Of a stretch of DNA of 64,000 nucleotides, positions 58,040 to 64,000 are shown in pieces. The notes below the pieces were generated by a model. That model ran no database searches, was not told the DNA's origin, and saw only the letters and a program-made list of their open reading frames with translations. This DNA comes from the human T2T-CHM13v2.0 reference genome, Homo sapiens. The stretch's first letter is position 1. Every line of letters starts with the position of its first letter. The translations under genes were made by a program, and so were the position numbers. The stretch lies in assembly GCF_009914755.1 (NCBI RefSeq), contig NC_060926.1; one strand, written 5' to 3'.

Positions 58040-59327
58040 TCATACAATTTATAATGTTGCTTCCAAGCTGCACTTGTGAAAAAAAGCTCTTACAATTCAG
58101 ATAACTTCCTCCACATTTAGTTGTTAGGTGGCCTTGGGTAAATTACTTAGCTTATGTAAGTCCGGTTTTCAAAATAATAGCACCTACTTAGTAGGGTTAT
58201 TCAAGAGTTAAATGAAGGAGTGCTTAATAAGTATTAGCCATTTTCAAAAAATAAAATAAGCAAAGGTGAAGAACGTAACACAAAATAAGTGGTCAGTAAA
58301 TATCACAGTCTTTCCCCCTATTTAACCACGAGAAAGAGAAACCATGAGCTGATTTAAATCAGCCTATGTGTGTACACCCATGCAAACTTCCATATTACAA
58401 GTGAATGGTGAAGGGAGATGTGTATAAAGTGCATTTCAAATTTCTCAGAAAAGCATACTGATTAAGGCATTCCTTATTCTAGTATTTTTTTACAGTTTTA
58501 ATTTTCAGGACAGACAGAGGTATTTATGGAAGTCCAGGAGAAATGCTTTCTTCAACAACAAGCACATGTTTAACAATTTGGACAAAATGAGTCAAACCTT
58601 AAAGCAGAAATATATCATAATTTAAACAGCCAGAAACTTCCAAAGTAAATGATGTGTGTTCATAAAATGTTAAGAAGGCTTCAAAAGGTCATAACACTTA
58701 AAGGGTCCAGGAATTCAGTATCACTTCATCTCATATTTTAGGTAGGCTGGGGAACTTCCAGCCTACAGGCCAGATTTAGAATTTGATCAGATCTGAAGTT
58801 GCTGCTCGATCCCAGGAACTAATTTTCACCACAGGGAGTTCTCTGAATATTTCAGTCCACCCAGAGTATGTGTAACCCTTAAAAGGTTAGATATTAGAGT
58901 AGCTGAAGCGCTATGAGCAAATAGCCCATGAATAAACTTTTCAAAGAGCAATAGAAAACCTGACTTAGTGAAAAATGACTTTCAGGTAAGTCATTTAATG
59001 ACCTTAGACTGATAAAAGGAAGAGTTTTGACATGATGATATTCCAGTACAGAAGAACAAAGCTTGATAAAGTTAACACATAGCACTGTAGTCCAAGTGAA
59101 TTGTAAGAGTATGATTTCCACACAGATCAACCTCAAAACCTTTTCCCAGTTTCTCATCTTCCTTTCTCACTGTCCTGTCCTATTCTTTCCCCAGTCTTTC
59201 ATCTTTCTCTCTACCAAGCTGTCTTACTTTGCTTAGTTAGAATCTTTCAGTAGCCTTTTCATTTACCACCTCTCCATTCTCTACTACATATACTAGTTAT
59301 GCCATTAAATTATTTAAAATAACTTGT

Positions 59328-59458
59328 ATGCCTGTAATCCCAGCACTTTGGGAGGCCGAGGCGGGCAGATCACTTGAGGTCAGGAGTTTGAGACCAGCCT
59401 GACCAACATGATGAAACCCTGTCTCTACTAAAAATACAAAAACAAAAAAAACAAAAAA
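59328..59458 (+). mobile_element. Partial Alu (left arm)
   Basis: tgcctgtaatcccagcactttgggagg...ctactaaaaatacaaaa. Confidence 0.85.
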
Positions 59459-60304
59459 CTTGTACTTAGTGACTAAAGTTATATGTGCCTTCTGAGTTTT
59501 TTAAAGCTTTATTTTATATTTCTTCACGGGGAGAAAGGAACATAAGTCAAATTGTTTCTTCCTACATATTCTAGAAAAAAGTTTTTTAATGTAAAAAGTT
59601 TCCTTAGTTCTGCTCTATAAGCCTCTGAGTAGATGGCTTGAAATTTTAAAAATCACAATATTTTATGCCAAAACATTAATCATATTAAACATAAAGTTAT
59701 AACTAATGCTGTAGAATTTGATTTGCGATAGTAATTGTGCACACACTGTTATAACAGGAATAGACTTATTCTAAAAGACAAATCGTATTATAAAAGACTC
59801 TGCTTAGAAATGGTTTAGTTTGAGTTTTGAACTTAAATAGCACATTGGCAGCAACAGAACTGCAACAGCTTAGTTCCATGGTATTTTCGTTTGAAGCTTC
59901 CAATGGCTCCTTGTACTTTAAAGCACTTATTGTTGCTGGCCACACCAAAGATTCAAAGGCAGTTGTGTGGACAACTGTATCATACACCAAAAGGATATAT
60001 TTACCGACATAAGCCCCCAATTTAAATGGGAAAATAAATTCCTGTGGATCCAAACTTGTCCAGTGGTCAAAAAAATTCTATTGAAAATCTTGCTTACATT
60101 TTGGCTCAAAGCATAAGTTATGAATCATTCACAATCACCATAGTGGTGAAACTAGCATTCTGGGCAACAGGAATAGCTCACATGGTGCTCTACAGAAAAA
60201 TTAAACAACTTTATCTTGACATACTATGGTCCATTAAAAGCCATTTAGTTCTTCCCTGTAGCTGATAAATGAAATAAACTTAGTTTGAATATAATTTTTC
60301 TTAC

Positions 60305-60500
60305 CGTTAAAGGGTACTGCAGGGAGCCATGGTCAGGGACACAGGCAGACAGAGGGCCAGCGGGACAGGAGCCAAGAGAGAAAACTGTCCCTGAAAAAGG
60401 TATCATCTTCTAACGCAAGTGTGGGGTCGTTTTTGGACAGCCATTTTGGACAAGCTCTGGCCTCTTGTTAAATGTGACATACTGAGTCAGAGGCAGACGT
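60305..60500 (-). other. WIPF1: Probable non-coding first exon of WIPF1 (5' end approximate)
   Basis: Strong donor ACG/GTAAGA at 60304-60299; locally GC-richer unique sequence adjoining an AP-1/RUNX/ETS motif cluster. Confidence 0.7.
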
Positions 60501-60560
60501 CCTTCTGTGGTTATTCGCTTCCTGTCTGATTAATTTGTTGTTTGTTGTTCCTTCCTCCTT
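60480..60560 (-). promoter_or_regulatory. Putative haematopoietic-type promoter: AP-1 TGAGTCA 60483-60489, RUNX TGTGGTT 60506-60512, ETS CAGGAAG 60524-60518
   Basis: Three consensus motifs within 42 bp at the inferred 5' end of exon 1. Confidence 0.55.
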
Positions 60561-60999
60561 TGCTGCAGAAAAAGAAACTAGATTGGTTTTGCTTAAGAAG
60601 CAAGCAAGAAAAAAAACCTAAATTAAAAAAAATTAAATGTTTCTCCTCCCCACAAGGTGTAATACACAGCTATTTGGTACAGTGACAAGAGGAGATGAGC
60701 ACCTCCACTCAGTGAAGAGTCCAACTTTATTCTAGATATTCCCACAAAAATAACTGTTCATGGAACTTGAGATTCCTTTAGGAAAATTATATTTGAAAGT
60801 ATCACTGTAAATACTGACTATTCCATTGAGTAATAGGGAAAAGAGTCACTCAAGAAAGAAAAGCTCTTACCTACCTTACCTTATCGCTTCATTAGGCTAA
60901 GGGCTTCTTCTCATTTACAGGGCATTCAAGTGTGTGGGGAGAAAGTTACAAATGCAGGTAAAGAGAGCAGGTCAGGTGTATGAAGGCAAATGAGGTTCT

Positions 61000-61323
61000 T
61001 TTTTTGGTTTTGTTTTATTTATTTCTTTTTTTTTAGAGAGACAGTCTTGCTGTCACTTAGGCTGGAGTGCAGTGGCGTAATCATAGCTCCCTGTGGCCCT
61101 GACCTCCTGGGTTCGAGCAATCCTCCAGCCTCAGCCTCCTGAGTAGCTGAGACTACAGGCATATGCCACTGCACCTGGCTAATTTATTTTATTTTTATAT
61201 TTGGTAGAGATGGGATCTTGCTTTGTTGCCCAGCCTGGTCTTGCACTCCTAGCTTCAAAGTGATCCTTCCATCTTAGCTTCCCAGATTGCTGGGATTACA
61301 GGCTTGAGCTACCATACTTGGCA
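61000..61323 (-). mobile_element. Alu (AluJ-like)
   Basis: Full dimer. Confidence 0.88.
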
Positions 61324-62481
61324 GCAAATGAGTTTTGAAACGTGATTTTGGTGCCCAAGTCAGGGTAATAATATACAGCTTAAGTCAGCTGCAGATCCAT
61401 AGCTTTCTATGCCAAATGTTTCTGTCCCCCACACTTAATGGGATAACAGTAACTCTCCTAGAAGATGCTTGACAAAAGCATAGAGATAAAGAGGGTGGAA
61501 GGAAGAAAGTCAGATTTCTCATTATTAAAGAACTCAAGAGGTGGATGGCAATGGAATACATGTAGAAAACATTTTATCAAAACCTTGAGTTATGTATAGA
61601 ACGATCTGAAAATGCTCATAATTTTTTCTTAACCCATCTTAAAGGTTCAGACTTACATATGCAACACATAGTATATAACTCTGAGAAAACAGTAACAGTC
61701 AAAGAATTTAAAAGAGAGGCATATTTCAGAAACTAGCTTCATTGTAAAATCTGAATGTTGGGTCCTGATTCTGCTAGGATCAGAGGCCAGAGGCATGAAA
61801 AGAACGTATGTTGTCTAACATTGCCTTACCTGTAAAGTGATGGAACTGGGCTAGATGAGTAATTTTCAACTCAGGTAGCTGTTGGGGGTGGTGAGCAGTG
61901 AGTGGGAATGGTGGGGGCAGGGGCCTGTAGCATTCAGTGGGTGGGGCCAGGAATGGGAAATTTCCTATGGTGCTTATGACAGTCCCACCCAAAATACCAG
62001 AAGTGCTCCTACTGGGGAGTACTGGGACAGATGATGTCTAAGGATCTTTTAAACTCAAAATTCCCTGAGATAGGAGTCTAATTGCATGAGCAGATTCATG
62101 ATGCCAGGCCATGGGCACAGTTCCTGGAGTGGAGTACCCAAGAATAAGTGACTGAGAGTCCTCTGCTTTGCCTGGAGCCCCTTGAAGGCAGGGACCGCCT
62201 CTTGTCTAACTCTGGCCTGGTGTCCACCCGTGACTTAGGTCACAAATAAATACCTGCAGGCATGGGGCTGGACAGAGGTGGAGGCCTACAGCTATCAGCC
62301 ACTTCCCGCGATACAAACCCTCAGGAAAACAGAAAACTTGATCAACTATTAAGTAAATGCCTGAGTGAATCTTTGGGGAAGTCTAATTATAGTTGGGTCT
62401 AAAAAGAGAACATGGGCGATATGACAATTTCTCTACGTATTTTCAGAATTATTTTGAAGTTCTCTAAGTAAGACACCCCAA

Positions 62482-62549
62482 ACACACACACACACACTCT
62501 CTCTCTCTCTCTCTCTCTCTAGCTATCTCTCTCTCTCTCTCTCTCTCTC
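62482..62549. repeat. Compound (AC)n(TC)n microsatellite
   Basis: Direct reading. Confidence 0.85.
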
Positions 62550-62588
62550 AGTACACATACCATTCATGGCTATTTCCATCCCTTAGGG

Positions 62589-62893
62589 GAGTGGTCCCTA
62601 ACCTTTTTGGCACCAGGGACTGGTTTTGTGGAAGATAATTTTTCCACGGAGTGGGGGCAGGGGGTGGGGATGGTTTCAGGATGAAACTGCTCCAACTCAG
62701 ATCATCAGGCATTAGATTCTCATAAGGAGCTCGCATGCACAGTTCACTTTAGGATTCTTGCTCCTCTGAGAATCTAATGCGCAGCTGATCTGATAGGAGG
62801 CAGAGCTCAGGAGGGAACACTTGCTCACCAGCTGCTCACTTCCTGCTGTGTGGCCTGGTTCCTAAGGGGCCATAGACTGGTTGGAGACCCCTA
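62589..62893 (+). mobile_element. MER1B-like hAT-Charlie DNA transposon
   Basis: TIR-like ends gagtggtccctaacc / ggttggagacccct; 8-bp TSD ccttaggg/ccttagga. Confidence 0.85.
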
Positions 62894-63039
62894 CCTTAGG
62901 AAAAGCTCACTTAGAAGGGAGTATGTCACCTAGAAGGCTGCAGTCCCCAAGACATGCAAGGGAGTAGTTGTGTAGTTTGAGTCTATTCCTACAGTCAACT
63001 TTGGACACATTTATCAGGTGTCTACTATGCATGTTAGGA

Positions 63040-63573
63040 CATAAATTAGATAATGTTCCTCCCCTGCTTAAAACCCTCCAATGACTTCTCATTTCACTTA
63101 AAAAGTCCAAACTCTTAGGTCCACAGGGACCCACGAGATCTGGCCCCTCCTTAACTCTCTGCCTTCATCTCAAGTAATATTCTGCCTTGCTAATTTACCT
63201 TCCAAATCTTTCTGTTCCTTAAATGCACCAAGCTCATTTGCATCTTCAGGCCTTTTACTTGCAAGCCTGGTACTCACGCCTGGTACACTCATCTTTTTGT
63301 TCCTTTTTATTCTTCAAATGTCAGCAAAAATGCTCTCCCTCATGACCCATTTCTGCTGTTTTCTTTTATGCATAGCATGCGTCACCGCTTGACACTGTCT
63401 TATTTATCTGTTTATTTACTTGTATGTTTCTCTCCACTAGAATTCAAGCTCTATGAGAGCAGGGACCTTGTCCATCTTGTTTCTGCTGTTGCTTCAGCAT
63501 CTAATGCAGGTGTTTGACTGCTGTTGCTTCAGCATCTAATGCAGGTGTTTGAAAATAGTGTTTGTTGAATGGA
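63040..63573 (+). mobile_element. L2 3' end
   Basis: ccactagaattcaagctctatgagagcagggaccttgtc...tttgttgaatg. Confidence 0.75.
63483..63552. repeat. Perfect 35-bp tandem duplication
   Basis: ctgctgttgcttcagcatctaatgcaggtgtttga x2. Confidence 0.92.
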
Positions 63574-63614
63574 AAAGAAAATCAATGTTTCTTACGAATT
63601 CTACTACAGCATAA

Positions 63615-63956
<342 letters not shown>

Positions 63957-64000
63957 TAAGACTGTTCCCCCTGAAATGGTAAATAACAAATGCCAAGACT

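Overview
Human (or very closely related primate) genomic DNA rich in Alu, L1, L2, MIR, MER and LTR repeats. The dominant feature is WIPF1 (WAS/WASL-interacting protein, WIP) on the minus strand. Seven coding exons with canonical GT-AG boundaries (48234-48284, 44021-44150, 37913-38089, 34381-35151, 30566-30778, 29775-29888, 25252-25307) join to 1512 nt, i.e. 503 aa plus stop. There is a probable non-coding first exon at about 60305-60500 and a ~3 kb 3' UTR ending near 22280. The sequence also supports three alternative WIP C-termini: intron-5 read-through (403 aa), intron-7 read-through (493 aa), and a splice donor overlapping the stop codon (510 aa). Non-coding highlights are a perfect full-length U6 snRNA fused to an L1 3' end with a 16-bp TSD (20516-20793), a U7 snRNA retrocopy in intron 7 (28921-28982), and a solo LTR12/ERV9 LTR (10113-11810). 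The LTR's U5 repeats carry five motifs complementary to the U7 5' end; one matches the local U7 copy exactly over 15 nt, and one was added by a perfect 101-bp tandem duplication. I see no prokaryote-type system and cannot claim a wholly new biological system; the LTR12/U7 pairing and the LTR-downstream ORF are the best leads. Repeat subfamily calls and boundaries were made by eye and are approximate; literature and database names are from memory and need verifying.
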